Shown here: in pieces, positions 38,196 through 52,019 of the stretch | Numbering within the stretch: the first letter of the stretch is position 1 | Layout: each line of letters begins with the position of its first letter | NCBI RefSeq assembly: GCF_018350175.1 | Contig: NC_058368.1 | Location: 150,724,001 to 150,788,000 of the forward strand | Reading direction: 5' to 3' | Source of the DNA: Felis catus | Lineage: Eukaryota | Length of the DNA: 64,000 bases | Program-made: the position numbers and the translations under genes | The notes under the pieces: generated by a model | Databases searched by the model: none | What the model saw: the letters and a program-made list of their open reading frames with translations, nothing else | What the model was told of the DNA's origin: nothing

Positions 38196-38714
38196 AGAAT
38201 ATTTGGGGATGGCAGCTTTGAGTAAGGAAAACATTTTAGTGCCCCTGTTTTTCTTCAAATGCCTACATCCCTACTTAATTTTGACAGGCAGAAAAATAAG
38301 ACCAGTGTTTTGGGTTTTTTTTTTCTTTGCTACTTGTAGCTAAAAATTTGCTTGCACATCAGCACATCATCTATATTATTGTATAATAACAAATACATGG
38401 TAGGGTTGTTTGTAAAGTTTGGGTTGGGGGGGCAGGCTTAACTTAGAATTTCTCCTTCCTACAAAAGATGTTTAAAAAATTTCCTTCTAGAGCTTTTGGG
38501 CACATACCCTAATAAAAGAGTAAGCCGATGAGCAGGGAATTCCAATGCGATCCTCTATAGCACTTAGCATTGACAGAATTGAATGTAGGAGACAATGTGT
38601 AGCATGCAGAGTTGGAATAAAAGTCCAAGGGTCTGATTCAGACTCAGCCAGCTGTGTGATCCCATGCAAGTCATTTAACTGCTTACATGGGTTATTTTCT
38701 CCCACTATATCCAA

Positions 38715-38930
38715 ATTTTTTTTTTTTTTTAGTTTTATTTTTGAGAGGCAGACAGAGACAGAGAGCGTGTGGGGGAGGGGCAGAGAGAGAGGGAGACAGA
38801 GAATCGGACGCAGGTTCCAGGCTCTGAGCTGTCAGCACAGAGCCAGATGCGGGGCCTGAACTCACGAATTGTGAAATCATGACCTGAGCCCAGGTCAGAT
38901 GCTCGACCAACTGAGCCACCCAGGCGCCCC
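38715..38930 (-). mobile_element. Can-SINE next to a MIR-like fragment (~38600-38712)
   Basis: Complete SINE with CpGs retained; TSD-like CACTATATCCA / CACTATTTCCA. Confidence 0.95.
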
Positions 38931-38999
38931 TCACTATTTCCATATCTTACCCCAAACCTGCTAACCTGTGAAGCTTAAAATTTTTAATTAAAGTTGCAA

Positions 39000-39470
39000 A
39001 GTAGTCCCTCTTGTCAGCAGGGATTTGATCCAAGACCCCCAGCAGATTCCTGAAAGCATGGATAGTATGGGACCCTACAGATACTATGTTTCTTCCTATA
39101 CATACATACCTATGACAAAATTTAATTTATAAATTAGACACAGTAAGAGATTAAGAGCAATAACTAAAAGTATAATTGAACAATTATAACGTACTCTAGT
39201 AGAAGTGATTTGAACGTGGTCTCTTTCTCTCTCCCTTTCTCGGAATACCTTATTGTACTTACCCTCCTTGTGATGATGTGAGATGACAGAATGCTGACAG
39301 ATGAGATGACGTGAGATGAGTGACGTAGGCACTGCGACCGTAAAGTTAGGCTGTTTTTGACCTTCCACTGATTTGTCACAAGGAGGATCATCCGCTTCCA
39401 GCCTACTTGTGGTTCACTACGGGTAAGTGAAACCACAGAAAGTGAAACTGTGGGTAAGGGGAGACAACTT
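39000..39470. mobile_element. MER44-type (Tigger/TcMar) DNA transposon relic
   Basis: AGTAGTCCCTCTT...CCAAGACCCCCAG...CCTATACATACATACCTATGACAAAATTTAATTTATAAATTAG...GAAACCACAGAAAGTGAAACTGTGGGTAAGGGGAGACAACT, with degenerate TIRs. Confidence 0.85.
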
Positions 39471-40164
39471 CACAAATCTGTTTTCAGGGAAAATAAAAAT
39501 GTCAACAATGACACCAATTATAGAGGTTATAAGTGTGTTACATTTCCAGAAGGAGATTTAAGATGCAATATATAAAATATCAGTTATGTAGCTGCAATGA
39601 ACAATACAAGAATGTAATCCTACTATATTTTTAAGTGAGTTCATCCATGCAACTAGTAAAAGCTAAACACAGACTATAACATGGCCTCATGCTTAAGGGG
39701 AAATGCATAATAATGCCCACTGGGGAAATAGAACAATGGAGATGTAACTCTAAGAGTGATCCTGCTTACCAGGCTTTTCCTGTCCACCTTCTGCCTTTTG
39801 TCATCCTCTTCTTCTGGGGGTACACTTTTACTGGCAAGGAGTATAAAAAGCCATTACAAAAAGAAACTGGTAAAGTGATAAAGTATTGACCCAGTGGGCA
39901 AGGAAATGAATTATATAACTATAGAATGGTGTGTGGGAAAATATGTACAGACAAGAGATGAATAAAAAGAGGCACTGTACATGTTATTAACTTGGACAGG
40001 AATAAAAGAAAAGGATCTTATCATCTCACTTTTTCTCTGCCTTATTTTTCTGGATAGATTTGACAGCACGGAATTCCTCAGTGACTTTCCCTTCTTTGTT
40101 TTACATCTTTTGGTTCATCTTTCTTCCCTTCCTCTCACAGTTTTCAAGCCCCAATCTTAAACTT

Positions 40165-40168
<4 letters not shown>

Positions 40169-40218
<50 letters not shown>
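40169..40218. repeat. (GA)n microsatellite next to a MIR fragment
   Basis: Seen directly; MIR-like CTCAGTTTCTC...CATCTGTAAAGTGGGAATAATA follows. Confidence 0.9.
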
Positions 40219-40222
<4 letters not shown>

Positions 40223-41249
40223 TAAAAGAAAAAGGAAGAAAAACCCTGGACCTGGAGCTTGCTTACTTCGGAGGAGTCTCAGTTTCTCTGCCCTGTGATT
40301 CTGCATCTGTAAAGTGGGAATAATAAAGCTTGTCCCAGCCACGAAACAGGAACATGTGATTAAGAAGCAGAAGGACATTAGCAAAAATCAACCTCTCAAG
40401 CGTCATCATTGCTGATATTTCTCCTCTGACATCAGTTCTTATGCGGGAGAAGCCTTGGTGGTTCGGCACCTTCGAGGCCCGTGCCTTTTCTTCCCACAGC
40501 CACCACCACCCTTTACTCACTCCATAAACACTGTTTTACTTGCCTATGCTGGCGTCCCATTTTATTCTTTCTGTTTCTCTCACATTTTTCGTTGAAAGGA
40601 ATTAATAGCTCATCAATATCTATAATCCATTTATCTATGATTTTTAAAAACACATAAAATCTTAATCCTGTGCCAGATTAAAATGCCAATTCGAATTCTT
40701 CCTTAAATTGGAACCATGGGACATTTTCTTTAAAAACCTATTAATCATATTTATCAATAAGAAAGCTTACTTTTAATATTCTTTTATATCCACTACAGTT
40801 AATGATATCTTTTTTGCTCTCTCTGACCCTTTTTTGAAACTGCCCTTTAAAAAGTCCCCACGGTATTCACAGAAATAAGGTAAGGAGGACAAATCCCACA
40901 ACTCCTAAAAATTTATGTAGGGAACAATTTTTTCTGACACTGTCCACACCACATGAATACCAGAAAACCTTGTTCCCTTTCATACCTACACCCTGAAGAA
41001 GAAAATAAAAAGTTCGATTCCCACATTATTCAAGAATATAAATTTTCTTGTGGGATTTGGAATTTTGTAACACCTGCTGCAACACAGTCCACACTTTTCC
41101 TTGTTTAAATCTTTACAATTATTGTTTTTAAGAAAGTAAACAAAGCAAATGGTAACATTGGACTGTAGTTCTCTAATGCAAAATTATAGATCTCAGAGGG
41201 TCTTTTAAGTATGCCTTACCTAGTTGCTGTTTGTTTATTTTTTATACAA

Positions 41250-41459
41250 AATTTTTAAGTTTATTTATTTTGAGAAAGAGAGAGAGAGAAAGAGAAAGAC
41301 TGCACACTAATGGGGGAGGAGCAGAGAGAGAGGGAGACAGAAAATCCCAAGCAAGCTCTGTACTGACAGTGGAGACTGGATCCCACGAACCAGTGAGATC
41401 ATGACCTGATCCGAAATCAAGACTTGGACGCACAATCCACTGAGCCACCCAGGCATCCC
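41250..41459 (-). mobile_element. Can-SINE
   Basis: Complete SINE; TSD-like CTAGTTGCT on both sides. Confidence 0.93.
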
Positions 41460-44400
41460 TCTAGTTGCTTTTCTTATCAAACATACCTAAATGTTTGTAG
41501 CGTATGAATATTTTACAGCAAACCTATCAGAATGTCTGAGTACAGAGTTAAGTCAATAGTTTGCAAACATCCCTTTGTTTCTTTATATGCATTTAGCTAC
41601 TGATATATCTTTTGCAATGAATGAAGCAGACCTGAGCACATACAATAAAGGAAAGCAAAAATTACCAGGTTTGGACTTCACTTCACGGCCAGAAAGATTC
41701 TGTTGAGTCTGCCAGCAGGAGATCTTGCGTATTAATACTCTACCTGGAAGAGCTGACATGTTGAAAATGAGATTAACACCTTCCTGTTTTACATTAACTA
41801 AGGCTAAAGTGTCATTTGCCTTATCAGGAGAAAAAATTCAACACTGAAATGATAGGGTTGCCAGCAAAGTATGGTTTTAAGCAAATGTTAAAATACTAAG
41901 TGGGATTTTGTGGTGGTGGTGGTGGTGGTGAGTCTTGGAAGATAAATACCTCATTCAAATAAAAGCCAAAATAATCAGGATGACTCCAGGACTAACTACA
42001 AACAGATGTAGCACAGGAACTCCTTTTCAGGCCAGCACTAATTGACATTTGGCTCACGGTAAACAACTTGTCAGAGCACTTAAAAAAATAAATAAATAAA
42101 TGAATGCCGGATGTCAACGAGTACTGATGCCTCGGTATTTGTTGCCAATTCCAAACCAGCCTAGAAGGAGAAGAGCTAATATAAATGATTTATTTGTTCA
42201 GATATAAGATAGCACTTTTTAATTCCCTCACTTCACAATCCATCTAGTTATGTATTTACTAAAGATGAGCACTTAGATGAAAAAATATTAAAAATTCTAA
42301 TGTGAGGAAGTCTCAGAATCATTGTCAAATACAAGTGGAAATGGGGTGGGAGAAGTGGGCCAGGAGTGGCTTGATTTCCCCACCTCCAGAAGTACCCCCG
42401 ACAGGAATGGGTGGGCTTCTGTCGGGCTGGGAAGGCTTGGCGGTCATCCACCGTTCATCATCCTCAGGTGATGGCTCCCTTCTACTGTGCCAGACACTCT
42501 TCTAGGAGCGGCAGGAGTCCAGAAAGGAGGACATCTTTGTCCTCCAAGCCCCATAGCCTAATTTTGCAGACAGGCACTAACACTAGCTGGAGTATAACGT
42601 GAACTCGGATCGGAGCAGAGGCAGAAGACCTGAAATGGGAAGTGGCGAGAGGGACGGAGAAGAAATCTCCTGGGAGGATCTGGGACTATTTCCCGGAGGA
42701 GATATGGTGTGAGCTGGATCCTGTAGGAGGAAGAGGATTTTAACAGGGGGCAGGAGAAACTGGTGGAGAGGCCTTTCTAGGTAGAATGGGCCAATTCATT
42801 ATATTTTGGCACCATGATCACAAAGAGCATTATGGTTAAACAGACACCTAAAATACATCAATGGAAAATATGTTATTGCAGAAAACGCTGTCAGCAATCC
42901 ACTTAAAAAAGAAAAAAAATACTACCTATACATGTGTACTGAATATACAAATGGTAACAGAAAGGGGAAAAAATGAGACTTTATTCCGCCCGCTAAATGT
43001 CTATTATTCACACCCTGCGAATAAAATATACCAGTAGCTATTGTTTCTATTCATTTCGGAGCTTCTAATTGCAGCTATCTTAGGGGGTCTCAAGGAGAAG
43101 GAGGGGGGGAGGAATGAAAATGCATGAGATTTTCAGGAATGCCAACAATGTGAAGTTGGAATCCCGATCCAACTACTTTCATTCATTGTTCCAAAGGTGA
43201 CACTGGTCCTTGTGTTCAAAGGCAGCTGGAGTTTTAAGGTAGCACAAAGGAAGGCAACTTAATGTCTCCTTCAGGAGAAGCTGCAGAGGGCTGTGCTGGT
43301 GGGGACAATGATAGTAGCAAAAACAGCAGTAAGAGAAAAAGGAGTGGGGGTGGGGTGGAGTGGGGAAGGAGTCCTGCTAACTGGGAATGAGGTAGGAGGA
43401 AGAGGCGGAGGTAACCTGCACAGGTGCTTGAAGCGGATTTGTAAGTGACACAGACCCAGGGACAACAGAAGCAGTGAGGCAGGGTGCGGGAACAGATCTG
43501 GGGAGCTCCCAGGGATAATGGAGAGCACACGTTGCATCATCAGGATCACTGAGACCCGAATCCTCTGGGGAAGTCATGTCTTTTTTGTACTAAATGTTTT
43601 GAAGCTGAGCTTGGGGGTGGAGTGAAAGAGGAGGGGAAAATCACGGGGAAAAATTAAACAGTCTGAAAGGAGTGTAAGATTATGAAGATAAATGTTTACC
43701 TCTCTGCTGCATTGTATCTCTTGAAATAAAACTGTTTTTGAATAGTGCTGCATCCGTACGGCAAGAATGTGGGCATTGTGAACAAATTGACTGTCTCAGA
43801 TGATTTGACACATTTTGATTTCTGCTTAGGAAAATATCTGTTAATCCTATTAGAAAGAGAAGGAGAGGGTCCTGAGTAGGAATGTGAGAGATCAAATCAC
43901 TTACCATCTTGCTCACACTCTCCCAGTGCCAAGGTCTTAAAGTCTCAGCATTTCCACAGACCTGGCGCCTCATCCCTGCCCCGCTTGGCATTGCATCAAA
44001 ACCCCGTCTCCGCTGCCCCATCCTCACCATGGCACTAAAATCAAGACAAGATTGGATGGCTGCCTTGTCCCTGGCAAACGAAAGCAGAAAAGACCTTGTT
44101 TTCTGCCTTCTTTTCATGCAATTTTCCTTCTTTTCCTCCATCCTCCCTTCTATTCTCCTTTGTTTCTTCTCCCTCCCTCCTTCCCTCCCTTTCTTCTTTA
44201 CAGGGTTTGCTGTTTGCTAATATCCAACTCCAGACCATTCTTTGTATTTGGCAAAGAAAGCAGTTTTATTGTTTGGTAACTCCAGGGGGGATATGGTGTC
44301 TATGATGTTGTCTAGGCCAAGCCTCCCCCAGGAGGGTTAACTACCTCTAGCTTACTCTCCAAGGGGGGAAGGATGGCAACCACACACTTGAGGTACCAGC

Positions 44401-45094
44401 CATCCCATTTTGCCAGAAAGTGGATCTGGGCACTGGCGCCCAGGACCACTACACCTCACAATGGTGTATCTCAGTGTTGTAATGCAACTTACTGGGACCA
44501 GTTATCTGGAATCTGAATCTATACAGTACAAATTAGGAATAAGGGAAACAGAAGACATTTTCCCCCAACTACTTCCTGCAAAAGGTTCTTTTTGGAGCAA
44601 CACCCAAGTCTGATCAAAGGATCTGTTCATCTGTCTCAAGAGCCAACGCTGGAGCCCAGCATGTAGCTAAAAATATGCACTCACCGTCCCAGAAAATTGT
44701 ATTCATTAGACTCTACCTACAGGTCCTCACCCAGAATCTGCTCTGTGCCAAAGCAGCGTGCTGCTGTTAATCCTCCTTTATAGATTAGGCAGTAAAATAA
44801 AGAGGGTGGGGCTGAAATGCAGGGGAAGTCTGCACACGTGTTTGGAAAGGAAGAAAAGGAAAAGCACAGGGATTTCTTGTTCTCTCCTTCATGTTCTGAG
44901 TTGCCAGGGTTGTCCAGACACCACTGAGAGATGCAGGGCTTTTTCACATTTACAGTATTTTCACTTCTGCAGGGTTAGCGCTACATGAAAAATGGGAATT
45001 TAGAGACAGATCAAACAAATGCTTTTCAAACTGTGGCACATTATTATTTTTGGACACCCCCCCCCCCGCCTTCTTTGTATGCCAGGGAGGAAAT

Positions 45095-45330
45095 AATAAT
45101 TGCAGCTGACATTACTGAGCACTTACTATGTGCCAAGCACTGTGGCAAGCATGTTATGCAGTTCCTTCTTCTAAGACACCTGGAAGGTAGGTCCTTCTGT
45201 CACCATCACTTTGCAGAGGATGACATTAAGGCTGTGGAAAGGTGACATAACTTGATCAAGTATGTGGCAAAGCTGGGATTTGAACCCAAGGCTTCTAAAA
45301 GTCTTGCTCTTGACATCCATGCCTTAATGC
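45095..45330 (-). mobile_element. MIR relic, followed by an L2 3'-end relic (~45430-45550)
   Basis: TGAGCACTTACTATGTGCCAAGCACTGTG...GCTGGGATTTGAACCCAAG core; TCTCTGAAGGCAGGGACTGTATCT...TTTGTTGAA is an L2-type end. Confidence 0.75.
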
Positions 45331-48300
45331 GATCTCTAAAAACTTCCTGTAAAAATATGTTTTACGGCTTTCATTTAAGATTTTGGTGACTGCACCTTAA
45401 TAACAATTATGTTATTATCTTCCTCTTTATGATCTTCTGCCATCAAACGGTAGGGTTCTCTGAAGGCAGGGACTGTATCTCCCTCACCTCTGCAACCCTT
45501 AAAACAAAGTATCTCGGACAGAATAGGAGCTAGAGAATCATTTGTTGAAATGCACTTTAGATTACCTCTGTATCTAAATACAGCCCATCTAAACAAGTCC
45601 ATTTCCCAAACACTGGGGTTTTCCTGTTCTTTGTAGCCATCCTCTTCTTGTTTTGTTTTCAAAAGGTTGATTTTGAACTGGAGGGACATTGCAGTTGTCT
45701 TGTCACTTAGCGTGATTTGAAAGTGAGAGTCTGTGTAGTGCTTTAGCCTGCCCTCAGCAATCAGGCCTCACACTCACAAGGCTCTGATTGTAGGAGTTGC
45801 CTTATTTGCATTGATGAGGATGAGCCAGCTGCTAGAGCATACAGAACTGCACCTGACACAATCACCGAGTTCAGGATTAGCGCGGGGAATCAGGAATCCA
45901 CTGCGCTGCATGGCAATCTCAGACCTACATTAGAGTCACTCATGCAAAATGACCCAAATTTGCAATGAGCACAATTAGCAATCCAAAGATGCATGTTAAT
46001 TTGGGGGCCGATATTTTCCTACATTTGCCTAAATTAAAAATAATAAATATACTCTTTCCTAGTTGAGTCTGGGCATGAAAATAATTCAGGGGATTGTGAG
46101 TTTGTAAAAAATGTGTAAACCCTGGAAAATGTGGATTTCTTTGGGTAACTAGCCACCCCCCCACCCCACCCCACACACACCCAAGGTATTAAGTTTGGCA
46201 TCAAATATGGTAAGATCTTTGTGGTGTCATGCTCTTTTTTGAATCAATAGAAAACAGCTATTTATAAGGATAAAAATCCTAAAAATAGCAATAGCTGTAA
46301 TACGTGGAAAAGGAAAGTCGAAGCTCTAAAAAGGGGATTTGATATTTTATATTATGTATTAATATTTCTGAGGCTATGTTTGGGTCACACATAAGCACAG
46401 ATATACTCAGTGATTTCAGGATTTTCTAAAAGTGCAAGAGATTATGTTGAATTTTTATTAAACAGAGTCTATAAATCAAATGGAACATTCTCAAACCCTG
46501 AACTGTGTTTCCATATGCCTGTAGTCTATAGGTATTGAAATGCTCACCTATACTTTAGGAAAAAAAAAAAACACAACATTTTGCAAAAATTGAATAAATG
46601 ATCATTCGAAGCAAAAGCATGCAGTTCAAAAGCTAAACCTCCCATTGGAGAACAGAAAATTTAATGAGCTTTTAATGGAATGCAATGCTCAGAGTAGTAA
46701 ATTATTTGTTAGTTGACGATGCAATCAGCATGCTGATTAAGGTTGCTTGGTTTTTTACTAAACATTAACTGAATGAAAACGGGTAGTCCTTGTTCTGCTT
46801 GGGGGGCTTTAAGGAAGCAAATGGACTTTCAGAACAGAGATTGTCAATAAAGGTGAGTGCACTCCAGGTGTCATTTGAATATGATGATAAAATACTTCTG
46901 ATAAATATTTAAAAGCATTTTAAATCCACAATGTTCGCCTAGTGTATTGTGGACTCTGTTTAAAGAAACAGTGGGCCTTAGCAGGCCTAACAACAATCCC
47001 TCTATCTCTCTCTAGAAAGAAATATCTAGATCTGCTTTCTTTTATTGCAAAAGAGAAAAAAAAGGGGGGGGGGGGTGGTATGCTTTGAAAATATAAGCCA
47101 GCATGGACTCTGAGACCAAGAACTGTTTGGAATGTGAACCTAAAAAAAAGACAAAAAGGACAAAAATCAAAACAAAGGAAAATATCCTGACAGCAAATAA
47201 AGGAAGAGACATCTGTTTCTCTGGATAGATGAAGATAAAATTTTAATTAAGCAGTTTCGATATTCTGATGTTTTCAAATAATTGCTGTTAGAATACATAT
47301 ATATTTTTAAATTTATAAATGACGGCATTCTGAGGGCAAGAAGTATTGTGAAATCGGAGTTATATCCTGTCTAATTTAGGAGGTGTGAAGGAGGGAATAA
47401 AAGAAAAAGAACAAAAATTGAAAATAAATTATGTGATGCTTCTTTTTGTTTTAAGATGGTTAATACAGAATTTACAAGGTCTGTCATTTACCATATATTA
47501 ATCAATATATACATTAACTTTAAATATTGTTTCTGAGAGAGATTTTGTTACTAAATCTGTTTAAATTGCTAGATTTCTTTTCCCCCTCAAAAAGAAGGGT
47601 GGGTTTTTTTGTTTGTTTTTCTCTCTACCAATTGCAGAATGATGGGTTTGTAGGTTAATTTTCTTTGAACAGCTACAAAGTTCTTTTTCTATAAATCCTA
47701 ATTAGTTTCATCATTGGTGATTCTCTGGCAATGATCAGGTACCCTTAATATCCGATAAATAACTACCTCTCACTTTTAACTATTCCTGTTTATGACCCAA
47801 GAGGTTAAAAGCCTTTGACTGGCATTTGACTTCTGACCTCATATAAATGTTATCTTATCAGTTCCTGCTTGTTAACTTGTATTGAGTGCTTGTCCCTGAT
47901 GGCTTTTAGATAAAGGGTTGTGGGCTTTTTTCTTTTTTTTTCCTTTTTAATATATTTCCTATAGGAACTAAACCATTTGCTTTGTTCTATGCCTAGTGCA
48001 CTCCAGTCTAGAGAGTAACCTGCTATAAATCTGTTATAAAGCCCCAAATATACTTTTATTTATTCTTGACATGATTTTAGTTTAGCTTTATGGGTGGGAT
48101 TTTATCACCGAGAATATATATTTATTATAATTAATAGCAGTAATTACCAGTGATCTTAATCCTTTAACATGTTAGTGAGGAACCTGGTTAGCTTGCTATT
48201 CTCTCTTTTAAAAAAATGCAAAAGTAAAAAAAAAAAAAAAACAATTTTAGCGTTGCATTTTGTACCAGCATGAGATGAGTTAGAGAGATAATTTATGGAA

Positions 48301-51300
48301 ATCTTGTCTCCCCAGACTTTAGAAGTCTGCCTAATGAGAGAGTCATCAGAAAGATATATCTTTTTTAAAAAATCGAATCCAGACCATGAACGGGGTATTT
48401 TCGAACCTTTGGGGAGGAAGGAGGTGGCCTGGCGCCCTCCTTTGCCCTCTGTCCTAAGAATTAAGAAGGATTTCAGCCCTTTATTCCATTTGCAGCTGTG
48501 TGTGTTGTTCATACATTCAAGTGTGTATGTGTGTGAGTCTAGCCACTGTGTACAAATCTAAATACATTTGAATGTTTGCATTTTAATCTCTCCATACCTC
48601 GATGGCATCGTGAGAGTATTCTAGGCAGATACTGGTGCCTCTGAGGCTGCCTCATTTGCAAATGACCTACAATGTGATTTCTAAACAAAATATTACATTA
48701 ATTTCTATGTGGAAAATAGGCAGAAAGGAGGGGGAAGAAGGAAGAGGCAGCCATCTTGGAGTCATTTTGCCTTTTAGCCTCCTTTCTCCTCCCAAGGCTC
48801 GAGAGTTAGAATATTACCTTTATTTTTAATTGGCCTTGAACGTAATGCAAGGAAGCACATACAAGAGACCTTTGTATTCGTGTTTGGGGTAGAAAAAAGT
48901 TGTAACCTCTTTGGACTTTAAATAATAACTGCGACTATAGACAAACTACACCTATTATTCTCAATCCTTCTAAATAAATATACATATAAATGAAGCATAT
49001 GCCACAGCTTGTAAGAGACCTGTACAAAACCTATTAAGGGAAACAAATGTCTATTTGGACCATTCATTTACTACTATCTAAAGAATTAATATGTCAGTAA
49101 AGTTATCTGCCCTTCCTCCTCCCCCATTCTTTCTTTTCTCTCCAAACACACTCTCACATGCACATACACAAACACACGTATTCAGATACCCCCAATCTGG
49201 AGAAATGGCGACCTTGGAAAGTTGTTTTTTGTTTTTTGTTTTTTGTTTTTTTAAATAGGGATTCCTTTTCTCTCAGGTCTTAAGTATTTAAGAAAGTAAA
49301 AAAAAAAAGAAAAAAGACCAGCTTTTTATTTTTTATTTTAATTTTCTGTGTGTGGAGAGCTGCTCTGGGTCTGTAATGTCCTAACACTGCTTTCATCATG
49401 CTCATATTCTGGCAACACACAGGTTTAACACAATTTGTCCTAACTTTTCATTTCAACCATTGCTTTTCTCAAAGTGGTCAGAGTTTAAAGACTGCAAAAG
49501 CAAAGGGAAAAGAAATACCACGGCAGGGGGAAAAACAAACCAACCCCCAAACTGGTGCTGGTATTCACAGCATTGACACATTCTCAAATGTTTTCTCTGT
49601 AGTTATAACACAAAAGCGCTTTCTTCCCTGTTTTGATGTGTTAAAGACGGGAAAGAGAGAGGACACTTGGAAGTGGTAAAATAAGTATTCGGAAGCACAG
49701 AGAAGGTGTTTCTTTTCTGAATATCCAGCATGTGTCAATAACATGGAGATGCTTATAGTTTCATATTAATTAAAAATTTTTAAAACGGAGAGGGGATGAA
49801 AAGTTAAATTTAAGCAAGTTGTGTCAGATCCACTGAACTTTGAGCTATTGCCTTTCTGTGTGTAATTAGAAGTTCTGTGTGTAATTAGAAGTGCATCCGA
49901 AGCCAATCATTCTGCTATCTCTGAAATAAGGATATCCAGGATCCTAAGTCCCTCTGAAAAGGGTGTGAGGGGATCAGTAACAAATTAGTATCTAATTCTG
50001 GTATTTGGCAGAAGAAACCACAAACTTTATTTTTACTCCTTCAATGTCAGTAATCTGAACTAATTTTTCTAGCCAATATTATTTGCAGATTGTTTTACTC
50101 AGTGAAACAAATACGGATTTGAAAGACAAATAATGACCTGATTACTAAACACTCTCTCCTATTCTGACGGCCAGATTCTCTGAGTTGAATCCCAGAGTCC
50201 TTTCCTATTGTATTTTGTGTCCTGGCTTTTTTAAAAATAAGATTTAAACATGTAAGCTAGGTCATTTCAAAATTGGTATAAGTTATACTACCGCTTTTTT
50301 ATATTTAATTATCAATATGTAGTGATAAGTCTTGGTATACCCAACGCAAAAAAAAAAAAAAAGTGTTTACTTACACCAGTTTCTATACCAATCAAAATGA
50401 ACTCCCCCAAACACTTTTGGTGTAGTATTTTAAATCGTAGTTAGAGGAAGAAGATGAAGGGGAATCAGGCTTTTGGTTTTTCTGTAGAGCTGCCTCATCA
50501 AGATTTATGAAGTTACCTAAGGGTGTATTAAAATATATTGCTTTTGTACATTTATATGTTTATAAACTTACCTTAGGAATATATTAAGAAATACAGCCCA
50601 TTTGGTTCCCCCCCCCCCCCCCCCCCCCCCATTCCCTGCCAAAAATCAAACCTGCTCTGTCTGGAAAAAAAAAAAAAAAAACCAGAGACTTCTGTGATAT
50701 CATGGACTTTTTTGTATTTCAGCAAAGAAGTAGAGCACATAGAGTCAGAAATATCAACATTTTTAGGACCTAAATTATTACTGTTAAGGTTTTATTCCTT
50801 CCTTTGGCAAGACCGATGGAGACGGATTTCTAATTTCCTTGGTTTCTGTCCTCTCTTTCATGTGTTTTCTTTATTTGTATAAATTAGCTTTGTCCTTTCT
50901 TAGTAGAATGTTTAATTTGGGCACATGCTTTCCCAGATAGATTCTCATTCCCACTGCCTCCAACTTGTGTTGGTTTTGGAGTGGGAAGTGGTTTTCCTCA
51001 TTTAAAAAGCTTTGTAATTCAGACTCAGAGGGCCAGGACCTCTTTCTATCCATCTGGACATGCTCAATGGGTCACACCCAAGATCAGAAGCCATGTTCCT
51101 ATCTTCCTTATGGGAAAATGATAAAATAATATCCACAAGCATCTGATACCAGGGGCACAGACTGGACACACACACCTTGCCCTCTTCCCCTTGGCCTTGC
51201 ATGCCCTGAAGAATGAATACATCCATCTCCAAAGCTGATGCTTCGAAGTGACCAGTCAGATGCTCGCAGGTCAGCTGGCTGTCCTCTTGGACAGGGGGTC

Positions 51301-51790
51301 CATAAATCAGAGAGATGTTGGTGTGGTTGAAAGAGGAAGGTAGTCTAGCCTGAGGGAAGCCACGTAAATCTCTCCCAGAGCATTGTTCCTGGTAGGGAGT
51401 GGGGGTGAGAGTTGGGGTAGCTCCTGGGGCCTCGAGCTGTTATTAATGCCCTGGCCCTCCTGCAGTGGGTGCTAACTTGTTGTGCATGAGAGCTGCCGCC
51501 ACCCTTCCCAAACATCGGACCGCTTGGAAAAGTCAAGCACTGCTGAGCCCTGATTTTCATTTAATAGTCAAAACCAAGATGCATTTGGGCTATGATGATA
51601 GGACAGCTCCCTTGAAAAGATTATTTGAACTACAAAGGCATTCATTTAGGGCTAGCGATGTTGCAAAAGGGCCTGCTAGAAATTAGCAGCCTGTCCCGGT
51701 ATTTGGAGAGCAAGAGTGACAACTTATTGGAAGTTCTCAAGGAATCATTTATATTTCACACTCCACTAGGCAGCTGATTTGAGATTGTCT

Positions 51791-51805
51791 GTTAGCATAA
51801 CAAAG
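51791..51805 (-). promoter_or_regulatory. Candidate SOX-OCT (SOX2/POU) composite element
   Basis: Minus strand CTTTGTTATGCTAAC matches the established zero-spacer composite CWTTGTTATGCWAAT in all but the last base; it lies in unique sequence. Confidence 0.5.
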
Positions 51806-52019
51806 GCTCTGAGCCTGTGAACTTCAGAAACCTTTCGACCTCTTAGCTGCTGGCATGAATAGCCCCCAGTCCTGCCTATAGAGATCTCCCAAAGCTCCCC
51901 TGTTCGTGGCTAAATTGTTAATCAGGGTAATTTAATATAGTTTTCAATATGCCTCATCTCTTATTGGGAAAGGTATTCACAGCTTCCCTACCCCTGAAAA
52001 AAAGTTCTTTTATTCAAGT

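Noticed and set aside
43234..44305. Cluster of overlapping ORFs up to 153 aa
   Set aside because: Caused by purine/pyrimidine-skewed, GC-richer sequence with few stops; no recognisable protein.
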